A DNA stretch of 60,026 nt from a phage: sequence record PV806339.1; one strand, 5' to 3'. Made by a program: the position numbers and the translations under genes. The notes under the pieces are model-generated. The model did not search any database, was not told the origin of the DNA, and saw only the letters and a list, made by a program, of their open reading frames with translations. Positions within the stretch are counted from its first letter, which is position 1, and each line of letters starts with the position of its first letter. Below, piece by piece: positions 20,290 through 29,185 of the stretch.

Positions 20290-23200
20290 AGCCAAGAAGA
20301 TTACGGTTGGGTACAAATACTACATGGGCCTGTTTATGGGCCTTTTCCGTGGCCCGGTGAATGAGATTGTCGAGATCCGCGTGGGCGACCGTACCGCGTG
20401 GACAGGCTCAATCACTGGCAACACAACCATCCAGATTAACCGCGAAGACTTGTTCGGCGGCACGAAGGCGGAAGGCGGCATTGATGGCCCGCTAGAACTG
20501 TACATGGGCGCGCCGACGCAGACCGTCAGCCAGAAGTTAAAGAACATGCTCGGTGGCCGCCAGCCGGAATTCCGTGGTGTCGTTACCGCGTATTTCGACG
20601 GCCTGATCTGCGCCATGAACCCATACCCGAAGCAGTGGAAATTCAAGGCCCGCCGCTCTACGGCCGGGTGGACTGGCGGCGTCTGGTATCCGGAAAAATG
20701 TCTGGTCAAGATGCAGGGGTACGACGGTCAGGGCAATCAGCACGAAATCCATGCCATGAACCCTGCGCACATCCTGTATGAGTGCCAGTCGAACTTCGAA
20801 TGGGGCCGTGGCCTGTCACGCTCGCTTATCGACGATACGACGTTCCGCCTTGTGGCCGACACCCTGTTTAACGAGAACTTCGGCCTTTGCATCCGATGGA
20901 ACCGTCAGGACACGCTCGAATCGTTCATGCAGCTTATCCTCGACCACATTGGCGGTGCGATGTACGTCAGCAAAGTGACGGGCAAACTGTCCCTGCGGTT
21001 GATCCGGAAGGACTACGACTTCGACACGCTGCCGATCTTCGACACGGATTCCGGGCTGCTGTCCATTCAGGAAGCGACCAACGCGTCTCCGGCCAATCTG
21101 GTTAACGAAGTGGTCGTGACCTACCACAACCCGATCATGGACGAAGACCAGCAGGTGCGTAGCCACAACCTCGCGCAGATCCAGAATCAGGGCTGTCTGA
21201 ACAGCAACACGATTGAATACCTCGGCATCCCTACCGGGAAACTGGCGATGCAGGTGGCACAGCGTGACTTGCGCGCCGCGTCTACCAACGTCCGCCGTTT
21301 CACCGTGATCTGTGACCGCCGGGCATGGAACGTGCAGCCGGGCGACGTGCTGAAAGTGCGTGACCCGAAACAGCGCGGCCTGACCGAAGTTGTTATCCGC
21401 GTCGGTACCGTTGAAGATGGCACGCTGCCGGACGGCAAGATCAAGATTGTCGCGCTGCAAGACCAGTTCGCCTTCCAGTTAAACACGTTCAACCAAGTCG
21501 AGCCACCATCCGGATACGAGCCTGACCTGACTCCCGCGATTGCCCGCCGTATCGTGTACGAAATGCCGTACGTGGATCTGGTGCAGCAGCTACCGGACGG
21601 CGAACTGAACGCCGTTGGCCCGAACGATGCGTTCATCAACTCGCAGGCCGAGAAGCCGACTGACATGTCCGCCGCGTATGACATGGGTATCATGGCCGAA
21701 GGTGAATCGGGCTTCGACATCCGTGGCAACGGTGACTTCGGCGCGTTCGGATCACTGGCCGCCGACATCGACTACCTGTCAACGCAAATCGTTCTGTCCG
21801 AAATGACCGACATGTGGGACGACGTGCAGCCCGGATTTGTGGCGCGCATCGCCAAGCCTGTTCTTGACGGCCAACGCACGCAGATGGAAATCGCGGAAGA
21901 GTTTGTCCGCATCGACGCCATCAATGGCAACGTGATTACCGTGGCGCGCGGCGTACTTGACACCATCCCATTCCGCCACCAGAAAAGCGAAATGCTTTGG
22001 GTGACGACGTACGACGGCGGTACCGACTGGCAGAAATACGCGGGCAACGAGTCCATCGACATCAAGATTCTGCCGTGGACATTGGGCGGTGGCCGCTTCC
22101 CGATTGAAGATGCGCCGATTGATCATCTGGACATGGACTTCCGCCAGATCCGCCCATACCCGCCGGGCAACGTGCAGCACTATCTCGCTTCGACGTCAAC
22201 GCTGCAACGCTGGTATGTCCCGTCCGCGCTTACCTACACGGCCAACGCCGGGGAAACGCCTGACACGTACACCCTGACTTGGGCGCACCGCGACCGTATC
22301 CTGCAAGCGGATAAGCCTGTGCCGCACACCGACGGCGACATCGGGCCAGAACCGGGTACCACGTACACCATCCGCGTCTACAATCAGGAAGGCACGTTAG
22401 TTCGCACCGAATCCGGCATCAACGGCACGTCGTGGAATTGGCCGTACGCAACCGCAGCGGCTGACATGAATGTCGAAGCCAGTCTGTTCGACCCGGTGCT
22501 CGCGACGCTCCGCCTGACGTCTGTCCGCAGTGGCCGCGAAAGTTGGGAATACTACGAAATGAAGGTCAGCGTTTATAAAAAGCCGCCGCAGTTCGTGTAT
22601 GACGCCAGCCTGATGCAGTTCGCCGCGCAGCCGTACAACGCCGCCAGTGATCCTAACCCGCCAACGCCACCGATGGACGGCCCGTATGTTTCGTCCCTGA
22701 TGCAGTTCGCCGCGCAGCCGGATGGTAGCGGTGATTTCGGCGAAGCAGATAGCATGAGTGGCCCGAACGTGGCGCTGCTGCCGCACCAAGTTACGCAGAC
22801 GTCGTCCATCATTACGCCGCTCGATACGCTGCTGTACGAAACACCGTACATCCAGTTATCCCGCGACGGCCGTGACCTGAACACGTCGAAAGTCAGCGCG
22901 TACGTGGCGCGTTCGTCCGACCGTACCGTCGATTCGTATACCCTGTTCACCAAGCATGAAGCCGATGCGGATTACGCTTCCGCCGGGACTCAGCCGTGGA
23001 CACCGTGGGGCATGACAACCGTCGGCCTCGGCTTCTTCACGGACGAAGTGACGATTGACCCGACGTCGGATAAAGACGGCGTTCCTATCGCGGGCGCGCA
23101 GGTGGGCGATCTTCTGCTTATCGATCAGGAATTGATGTCCATCACCGCCATCAACGGCCGCACGTACAAGATTGGGCGTGGCGTGGCTGACACCATTCCG

Positions 23201-24169
23201 GCGCAGCACTACAGCCGCCGTCCGGTCTGGCTGATCTCCGTGGGCTTCGGCTACTCCGACATGGCATTCGGCGATAACGAAAAGGCGATGGTCATCGTCC
23301 GCCCGGATACCTACGGCACCGACATCCCGCTGAACAAGCTGTACCCGCTCCAGTTGCAGATGCAGTACCGCCCGAAACGTCCATACCCGCCGGGCCTGAT
23401 GATGATTGGCGGCCAACCGTTCTTCAACACCGCGAGCGGACTGGCAGACGATTTCAACCCGTACAACAACCTGAAAGCGAAAGACGTGGCCTGCACGTAC
23501 GCCCACCGCAACCGCGTAACTCAGGCAAACACGGCGCGCGACCATTTCGCCGTCGGTATCAACCCGGAACCGGGCGTGAAGTACCGCGTGCGTATCGGCT
23601 ATGCGTACTGGTCGCAGTCCGGCAGTGGATTCTCGCTGCTGTCTCAGTTCGACACGGAAGACGCGGGCTTCATCATGCGCGCGGCCGACCTTGAACGTTG
23701 GGGCCGTCAGGCGGGCTATGCGCAAGACGCTGGCGGATACTCCACGTTAAACGTGACCGTCAACGCGATTCGTGATGGAATGCTGAACTGGCAGGGATAC
23801 ACGATGACCGTGCGCGTGCCGTCCTTCCCGCTTCCTCCGGGTCAGAAACCGGGCGGTGGCGATGGGCCGTGGAACCCGCCGGGCGGAGGCAATACAGGCG
23901 GTACCACGCCACCTACGGAGCCGCCGGATCGTCCAGACCCGAGCGAGCCGGGTACAACCGACCCATCCGAGCCGACCAAGCCGGACGAACCGGAAGATCC
24001 GCAACCGCCTGTAGACCCGGAAGACCCGGATACTGATCCGCCGACTCCGCCAGACCCGCCGATCGACCCGACCAACGTGCCGGGCTGGTCATTGAGTTGG
24101 GATCACGGTTGGGCGATGACGCTGCCAGATTTCCGATACGTTCCACCAGCAGAAGAGGAACCTGAATAA
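20279..24169 (+). CDS. central tail fibre / host specificity protein (lambda J / GTA g15-like)
   Basis: 1296 aa. The N-terminus KKITVGYKYYMGLFMGLFRGPVNEIVEIRVGDRTAW...LFGG is typical of this family. It carries an ~90-aa Pro/Asp/Glu/Thr-rich C-terminal linker. Confidence 0.85.
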   Translation: MGSKAKKITVGYKYYMGLFMGLFRGPVNEIVEIRVGDRTAWTGSITGNTTIQINREDLFGGTKAEGGIDGPLELYMGAPTQTVSQKLKNMLGGRQPEFRGVVTAYFDGLICAMNPYPKQWKFKARRSTAGWTGGVWYPEKCLVKMQGYDGQGNQHEIHAMNPAHILYECQSNFEWGRGLSRSLIDDTTFRLVADTLFNENFGLCIRWNRQDTLESFMQLILDHIGGAMYVSKVTGKLSLRLIRKDYDFDTLPIFDTDSGLLSIQEATNASPANLVNEVVVTYHNPIMDEDQQVRSHNLAQIQNQGCLNSNTIEYLGIPTGKLAMQVAQRDLRAASTNVRRFTVICDRRAWNVQPGDVLKVRDPKQRGLTEVVIRVGTVEDGTLPDGKIKIVALQDQFAFQLNTFNQVEPPSGYEPDLTPAIARRIVYEMPYVDLVQQLPDGELNAVGPNDAFINSQAEKPTDMSAAYDMGIMAEGESGFDIRGNGDFGAFGSLAADIDYLSTQIVLSEMTDMWDDVQPGFVARIAKPVLDGQRTQMEIAEEFVRIDAINGNVITVARGVLDTIPFRHQKSEMLWVTTYDGGTDWQKYAGNESIDIKILPWTLGGGRFPIEDAPIDHLDMDFRQIRPYPPGNVQHYLASTSTLQRWYVPSALTYTANAGETPDTYTLTWAHRDRILQADKPVPHTDGDIGPEPGTTYTIRVYNQEGTLVRTESGINGTSWNWPYATAAADMNVEASLFDPVLATLRLTSVRSGRESWEYYEMKVSVYKKPPQFVYDASLMQFAAQPYNAASDPNPPTPPMDGPYVSSLMQFAAQPDGSGDFGEADSMSGPNVALLPHQVTQTSSIITPLDTLLYETPYIQLSRDGRDLNTSKVSAYVARSSDRTVDSYTLFTKHEADADYASAGTQPWTPWGMTTVGLGFFTDEVTIDPTSDKDGVPIAGAQVGDLLLIDQELMSITAINGRTYKIGRGVADTIPAQHYSRRPVWLISVGFGYSDMAFGDNEKAMVIVRPDTYGTDIPLNKLYPLQLQMQYRPKRPYPPGLMMIGGQPFFNTASGLADDFNPYNNLKAKDVACTYAHRNRVTQANTARDHFAVGINPEPGVKYRVRIGYAYWSQSGSGFSLLSQFDTEDAGFIMRAADLERWGRQAGYAQDAGGYSTLNVTVNAIRDGMLNWQGYTMTVRVPSFPLPPGQKPGGGDGPWNPPGGGNTGGTTPPTEPPDRPDPSEPGTTDPSEPTKPDEPEDPQPPVDPEDPDTDPPTPPDPPIDPTNVPGWSLSWDHGWAMTLPDFRYVPPAEEEPE
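22609..22720 (+). repeat. 25-nt perfect direct repeat inside the J-like gene
   Basis: cctgatgcagttcgccgcgcagccg occurs at 22609-22633 and again at 22696-22720, encoding SLMQFAAQP twice. Confidence 0.9.
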
Positions 24170-24909
24170 TGCCGAAAAAGACAGCCCCGAATCAGGGGCT
24201 ACCCTACGGGTGGATTCGCGGGGAAGACTATTGGGGTGGCCCGATGTCCGACTCGCAAATCTTCCTCGACACCACGCTATTCCTGACACTGGAATCGCTG
24301 ACCTTCTCCGCTCCGCCGCCTAACGCGGTGGACGGGGCCACCTACGTCGTCGCGGCCAACCCGACGGGGGCGTGGGCCGGGCATGAAGGCGATGTGGCCG
24401 TGTACGTGGAAAAGGTCTGGACGTTTTACACGCCTCGCTACGGGTGGCGCGCTCGCGTTCGTTCGTACGAGAAGTTCTTGTGGTTCAATGGCACGACGTG
24501 GATTGACGAGGCGACCGGGGAAGACCCGGTCAACCCTGACCCTGACCCAAGCGTTAAGCCGAAATGGTACGACATCGGGGTGACGGTGTCGGACAGCATG
24601 TACGCGAATGAGCCTGTCGTGCATCTGCCGATCCTTGACCCGATGTACCTGCCCGCCAACATGGTAGGATCTCAGTTTGACATGGCCGACGGTGCAAGCC
24701 CGGCCTATTATCAATTCCGCGTGCAGCGCAACGGCCAGAACGTCGCAACGATGACCGTGGAAATCGGAAACTTCAACGCGTCGTTTACCACTACCGGGGG
24801 CAACCCGATTTCCTTCGCGGCCGGGGATCGCATGACGGTTCGCGCGCAGCAGGAAGCCGTCGCCGGGATGAAAAACTTTGGCTTCGTAATTCGCATGGGA
24901 CTGGTCTAA
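24169..24909 (+). CDS. DUF2793-type tail/fibre protein
   Basis: 246 aa. GLPYG...FLDT at the N-terminus and DGATYVVAANPTGAWAGHEGDVAVY...WTFYTPRYGW match the DUF2793 pattern seen next to J/g15-like genes. Confidence 0.65.
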   Translation: MPKKTAPNQGLPYGWIRGEDYWGGPMSDSQIFLDTTLFLTLESLTFSAPPPNAVDGATYVVAANPTGAWAGHEGDVAVYVEKVWTFYTPRYGWRARVRSYEKFLWFNGTTWIDEATGEDPVNPDPDPSVKPKWYDIGVTVSDSMYANEPVVHLPILDPMYLPANMVGSQFDMADGASPAYYQFRVQRNGQNVATMTVEIGNFNASFTTTGGNPISFAAGDRMTVRAQQEAVAGMKNFGFVIRMGLV

Positions 24910-24918
24910 GGGGATCAC

Positions 24919-25926
24919 ATGGCAAGTTATTTTGATGGATATGAGCAGTTCCGGTCTACGGACAAGTCTAACCCGGGAACCTTTATGCGGCTCGCCGGGT
25001 ACACGGTTCGCGGTGCAATCTCCGCAGGTCTTGGTCGCCTCCAGACGAGCATCGGCCTGTACACACTGAACAGCGCCTACGAGCGCGATTGGACGTGGGG
25101 CGGTGACACCCTTACCATCGGCTTCGCGTGCAAGCAGCAGGCGCGTGGCGCGCTATTTGGGCTAAAGGTCGGTGACGCCACTGGCCGCGATGTTCCGCAT
25201 GTCGTTGTCTACACTGACCCGGTGTCGGCGCTCGTCACCATCCAGACCGGGCCAGACCAGTCGGAAGTCGGGTATGTCACGCCGATCCCGACACGCTGGT
25301 ATTACTATGAAGTCGTGATGAACCGCGCCACGAAGGTTATCGAGGTGTTTGTCAACGGGAAATCGGACGTAGCCTATACACTGCCGGACGTCCTTGCGGC
25401 GTCGGCCGTCGTGCGCATGGTCTTCAACCCGTTCGACATGCTGCCATCGTTCCCGGCCGACGCGGAGTACACGGAAGACACGAAGGTATTCGACGACATG
25501 TACGCGCAGGACGGCGGCCGCTTAGGGGCCATCCAGATCAGCGGACGTCTGCCGGACGGCGACCGCGATACCGAATGGGGCGTGGCCGGGCCTAACCCAA
25601 CGGCCGCACATAACCAGATGGTCGGCCGACTGCCGCCAGACATGGCAAACAAGTACATCTACACTGGCACGAATGACCGTCACGACTCGTTTATCTCGAC
25701 GAACAAACTGCCGGATAACGGGGCCATTCTGGCGCAGGGTCTGATCGCCTTAGTCCGGAAGGCCACGGCCGACCCGGTGTCGATTATCGCGAACATTGAC
25801 AGCCACACTGTTACCCTGTCGAATATCGGCCGTAATTGGGAATATCGTTACGCGCAATTCACCACAAGCGGTTATGATCAGGCCGCCATTGAAGCCGCCG
25901 AATTCGGTGTGCGTTCAGTTCTATAA
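24919..25926 (+). CDS. tail fibre/receptor-binding candidate, paralogue 1 (jelly-roll/LamG-like)
   Basis: 335 aa. Shares N-terminal F-DG-(Y/F)-(D/E), central WYYYEVV..., the (I/V)EV(F/Y)VNG block and C-terminal FG(V/I) with the next two genes. Confidence 0.75.
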   Translation: MASYFDGYEQFRSTDKSNPGTFMRLAGYTVRGAISAGLGRLQTSIGLYTLNSAYERDWTWGGDTLTIGFACKQQARGALFGLKVGDATGRDVPHVVVYTDPVSALVTIQTGPDQSEVGYVTPIPTRWYYYEVVMNRATKVIEVFVNGKSDVAYTLPDVLAASAVVRMVFNPFDMLPSFPADAEYTEDTKVFDDMYAQDGGRLGAIQISGRLPDGDRDTEWGVAGPNPTAAHNQMVGRLPPDMANKYIYTGTNDRHDSFISTNKLPDNGAILAQGLIALVRKATADPVSIIANIDSHTVTLSNIGRNWEYRYAQFTTSGYDQAAIEAAEFGVRSVL

Positions 25927-25936
25927 AGGGGTTACT

Positions 25937-26899
25937 ATGCTGAAATTTATGGACGGTTTTGACCAGCTACGCGGCTGGTCTGACGTTACGGATGGGCTGA
26001 CCAAATGCGGGTACACCGTGTCTGGCACGCCCACGTTAGAAGAAGGACGCGTGGCTACGCAGATGGCGGTATCACTGCCGGACACGGCCAGCCTGAAACG
26101 CGTGTTCACCTCCGGGGCCACGAAAGTCGTGTTTGGCTTTGCCTTCCGGGCCATCGGTCTGCGCCACACCCTGATCACCATCAAAGATGTCGTGACGATT
26201 ACGTGGAGCGAGACGGACGGGAAGATCACGGCCGCTGGCGGTACCGGAACGGCGGTGCTGCTGCTGGACTTGTGGTACTACATCGAAGTGGTTCTGGACA
26301 AGACCACCAGCACGATCGAGGTGTACGTGAACAACGGGCTGGACATCACCGCGCCATCGCCGTCGAGCGCTAACCCGGTCACTAACTATGAAGTCACATG
26401 GGCGGGCGTTGCCACGGCGCAGTACCTTCTCGACGACCTCCAGTTCATCGACAATCAGCCGGGCAAGTATACCGGGCGCATCGGGCCTATCCAGATCACC
26501 AGTCGCTTGCCGATGGTGGACGTGGACAAAGAATGGTCGCCGTCATCCGGCAACGACCACTACCCGCTCGTCTACAATCAGCCGCCCGTCGAGGGGTCGT
26601 ACATCCAGTCGAACACGTCCGGCGCGACCGACACGTTTCTATCAAACACCGTCATCCCTGATACGCAAAACATTCTGGCCGTCGGCATGACCGTGCTGAA
26701 TAAAAAGTCAGACGTGGACAACCGTCAGTTAGGCATGGTCATCGGCCAAAAAGGCGACACGCAAAAAGAAGTTATCGACGCGGCGCTATCCACGACTGAA
26801 AAGTATAGTTATGCTGTGTTCGAGACGAACGCGGCCGGGCAAGACTGGAATGACGAACGACTCAGCGAAGCGCCGTTCGGCGTCATCGTAAGACCATAA
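25937..26899 (+). CDS. tail fibre/receptor-binding candidate, paralogue 2
   Basis: 320 aa. Start at the ATG 25937 with an AAAGGGG SD (the ORF opens at 25796 inside the previous gene). Shares motifs MLKFMDGFDQ, LWYYIEVVLDKTTSTIEVYVNN, YIQSNTSGATD. Confidence 0.75.
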   Translation: MLKFMDGFDQLRGWSDVTDGLTKCGYTVSGTPTLEEGRVATQMAVSLPDTASLKRVFTSGATKVVFGFAFRAIGLRHTLITIKDVVTITWSETDGKITAAGGTGTAVLLLDLWYYIEVVLDKTTSTIEVYVNNGLDITAPSPSSANPVTNYEVTWAGVATAQYLLDDLQFIDNQPGKYTGRIGPIQITSRLPMVDVDKEWSPSSGNDHYPLVYNQPPVEGSYIQSNTSGATDTFLSNTVIPDTQNILAVGMTVLNKKSDVDNRQLGMVIGQKGDTQKEVIDAALSTTEKYSYAVFETNAAGQDWNDERLSEAPFGVIVRP

Positions 26900-26912
26900 G
26901 GAGCATACCGAA

Positions 26913-27932
26913 ATGTTTAAATTCTGTGACGGGTACGACCACTATGCCGAAATCGGCGTGAAGGGTACGGCCCTACAAGGTTATCTGGAAGCCGCCGGGT
27001 ACGTGGTGCGTAATGCCAGCGATACGACGTTTTCCGTTGTCGAGGGCCGCCGGACAGGTGCGCGTGCGCTGAAATTCACCGTGGCCGCCAGTTCATCGGT
27101 CAACGCCTCGCTGTCATGGGGATTCACCACGACGGCCTCGTCAGTCGTCTTCGGATTTGCCATGAAAGCCGGGCTGTCCCGTATGCGTATCGCGCGTATC
27201 GAGAACATCGTGGATATCGAGTGGGACACCACGACCGGGAAAATCCGCGTAGGCGAGCAGTTAGGCGTCAACCCGCTGATCCTGAACGCATGGTACTACT
27301 TCGAAATCGAGATCGATAAGACGGCCAACACCGTCAAGGTCTACGCGAATAACGAATTGCAGTTAACCGTTACGCCATCGAGTGCGCCGACCACCACGTA
27401 CACAATCGTTTGGGGCCAGACGGGTACCGCACCTAATGCGGGCGAACAGACACTGGATGACTTCTACGTGATCGACGGTTCCGGTAGCCGCAACAACGCG
27501 CGCCTGACTCCGGTCGAAGTGACCAGCCGTATGCCGACGGCCGACGTTTCTACGCAGTGGGACGTTGTGAACGCCTCGTCCTCCACGCCGCACTATCAGA
27601 TCGTGTCACAGCTTTCCCCGGGCGGCGAGTCGAAGCCATACCTGCAATCGAACACCGCAGGGGCCACGGATATGTACCGTTCGAACGTGACGCTGCCGAA
27701 CAATAACCAGATCTTCGCCGTATCTGTTATCGCGTACGCCCGTAAAGGCGACCTTGATGATCGTAAACTCGGTCTGGTGGTCAACACGGAAGGCGGTACG
27801 CCGACTGAAATTCAGGTGCCGCTTACCGAGTCGTATAAGTATTATCAGGCATCGTTCGAGCAAGCGCCGGGCGGAAGTGACTGGAACCAGAACAACGTCG
27901 AATCTTTGCAATTCGGCATCATCACGCGATAA
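26913..27932 (+). CDS. tail fibre/receptor-binding candidate, paralogue 3
   Basis: 339 aa. MFKFCDGYDHY, AWYYFEIEIDKTANTVKVYANN, YLQSNTAGATD. Clearly paralogous to 25937-26899. Confidence 0.75.
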   Translation: MFKFCDGYDHYAEIGVKGTALQGYLEAAGYVVRNASDTTFSVVEGRRTGARALKFTVAASSSVNASLSWGFTTTASSVVFGFAMKAGLSRMRIARIENIVDIEWDTTTGKIRVGEQLGVNPLILNAWYYFEIEIDKTANTVKVYANNELQLTVTPSSAPTTTYTIVWGQTGTAPNAGEQTLDDFYVIDGSGSRNNARLTPVEVTSRMPTADVSTQWDVVNASSSTPHYQIVSQLSPGGESKPYLQSNTAGATDMYRSNVTLPNNNQIFAVSVIAYARKGDLDDRKLGLVVNTEGGTPTEIQVPLTESYKYYQASFEQAPGGSDWNQNNVESLQFGIITR

Positions 27933-27946
27933 GGGAGGGACACACT

Positions 27947-29176
27947 ATGCCTGTAGTATGGCACTGCGGTTTTAATGGTTTTATCAACAATACGTCGGGG
28001 CAGGGTCAGTCGAACCTGTTTATCAACACAAACGATACCGGGACGGTGAGCCATGCCCTCTCCGCCGACAATTTAATTAATAACGTTTTTGGTCGTGGCG
28101 GAAACGGCTACCAAAACGGCGGCTTTCTCCCTTTGATCACTTACTACGGACGTAAATGGTCGTCGTCCGGGTCGTACGGGTCGTCTTATGTTTTTGGTCG
28201 TGTTAAGCCGTCTTTCTTTGATAACTCCGTGCCATGTCTAAGCACCGAACAATACCAACCTGCTAACACTTCCGACTGGTGGGGAGGGTGGCAGTTCCGT
28301 ATCGATTTGTGCTGGCCCTCGGCGGAACGCCTGACGACGTCGTGGCGCATGGGCTTCCGTATTGGCCGCGCAACACACCCCACATACAATATTGGTTATC
28401 AAGTCTATATCTGCCCGGCGGGTATTAACGAAGCAAACGGCCAAGACTTGTATCGTATCTCGATCTCTGCGGGTCAGGACGAGAAGTATATGGAGGTGGA
28501 ATGGTTGGCGGACAGCAAGACCCTTAACATCTATCTGAACGACGAACTTGTCTCGACCCGCACCAACTATACTGCCAACGATATGTCGTACGGCCTTATT
28601 TTGATGTGCGAACATTTCGTTGGCACTAACACTAGCTCCACACCGTTCTTCGGTTTTGAACTGCGGGACATGTATGTCCAGAAAATCGTTTCAGATGCAG
28701 ATCAACGCCTCGGGTCTTCGACGAAAGTATATGCGTTCAATCCCGTTAATGACGATGTTGTACAGTTCTCTCGGCCAGACGCATATTCGTCAAACGCCGC
28801 CGTCGCGGTAACGCCGATCGCTCCCGGGGGTATCACCCCGACGCCGTCGCAATCTCCCGCAATTCTCGGGGCGGACGTGGTCGGACAGCAAGACCTGTAT
28901 AACATTGACATTTCCAAAGTCAGCACACGTCTGGCGTCGATTGAAGCGGTCAACGTCCGGACGATGGCCCGAAATCCGTTGCTTGGAAATAGACAATCTG
29001 CCGCGATCGCTAAATCCGGGGCGACCCAAACCCAAAGCGAGAACACATCGACGCTCGAACAAGGCGGCCTGTGGCGTTTCAACACGTTGCAGATGGTGTC
29101 TGACCCGGCGGACGGCGCACGTTGGAACCTTACAAAACTGGCCGGGCTTAAAGTCGGTACCAAATTCGTCGCGTAA
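27947..29176 (+). CDS. tail fibre/receptor-binding candidate, divergent paralogue 4
   Basis: 409 aa. It retains the central ...YMEVEWLADSKTLNIYLNDEL... block and a C-terminal W-N...L..LK(V/F)G pattern. Its N-terminal region is different and Gly/Asn/Ser-rich. Confidence 0.65.
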   Translation: MPVVWHCGFNGFINNTSGQGQSNLFINTNDTGTVSHALSADNLINNVFGRGGNGYQNGGFLPLITYYGRKWSSSGSYGSSYVFGRVKPSFFDNSVPCLSTEQYQPANTSDWWGGWQFRIDLCWPSAERLTTSWRMGFRIGRATHPTYNIGYQVYICPAGINEANGQDLYRISISAGQDEKYMEVEWLADSKTLNIYLNDELVSTRTNYTANDMSYGLILMCEHFVGTNTSSTPFFGFELRDMYVQKIVSDADQRLGSSTKVYAFNPVNDDVVQFSRPDAYSSNAAVAVTPIAPGGITPTPSQSPAILGADVVGQQDLYNIDISKVSTRLASIEAVNVRTMARNPLLGNRQSAAIAKSGATQTQSENTSTLEQGGLWRFNTLQMVSDPADGARWNLTKLAGLKVGTKFVA

Positions 29177-29185
29177 GGGGGCCAT

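Noticed and set aside
22609-22720. The 25-nt repeat pair in the J-like gene as a diversity-generating retroelement (template/variable repeat)
   Set aside because: There is no reverse transcriptase anywhere in the window. The two copies are identical rather than adenine-mutated, and both lie inside the same coding frame.
20816-23725. Several 200-290-aa minus-strand ORFs (20816-21460, 21187-21768, 22856-23725)
   Set aside because: All are antisense to the 1296-aa J-like gene. They are typical shadow ORFs in high-GC coding sequence.
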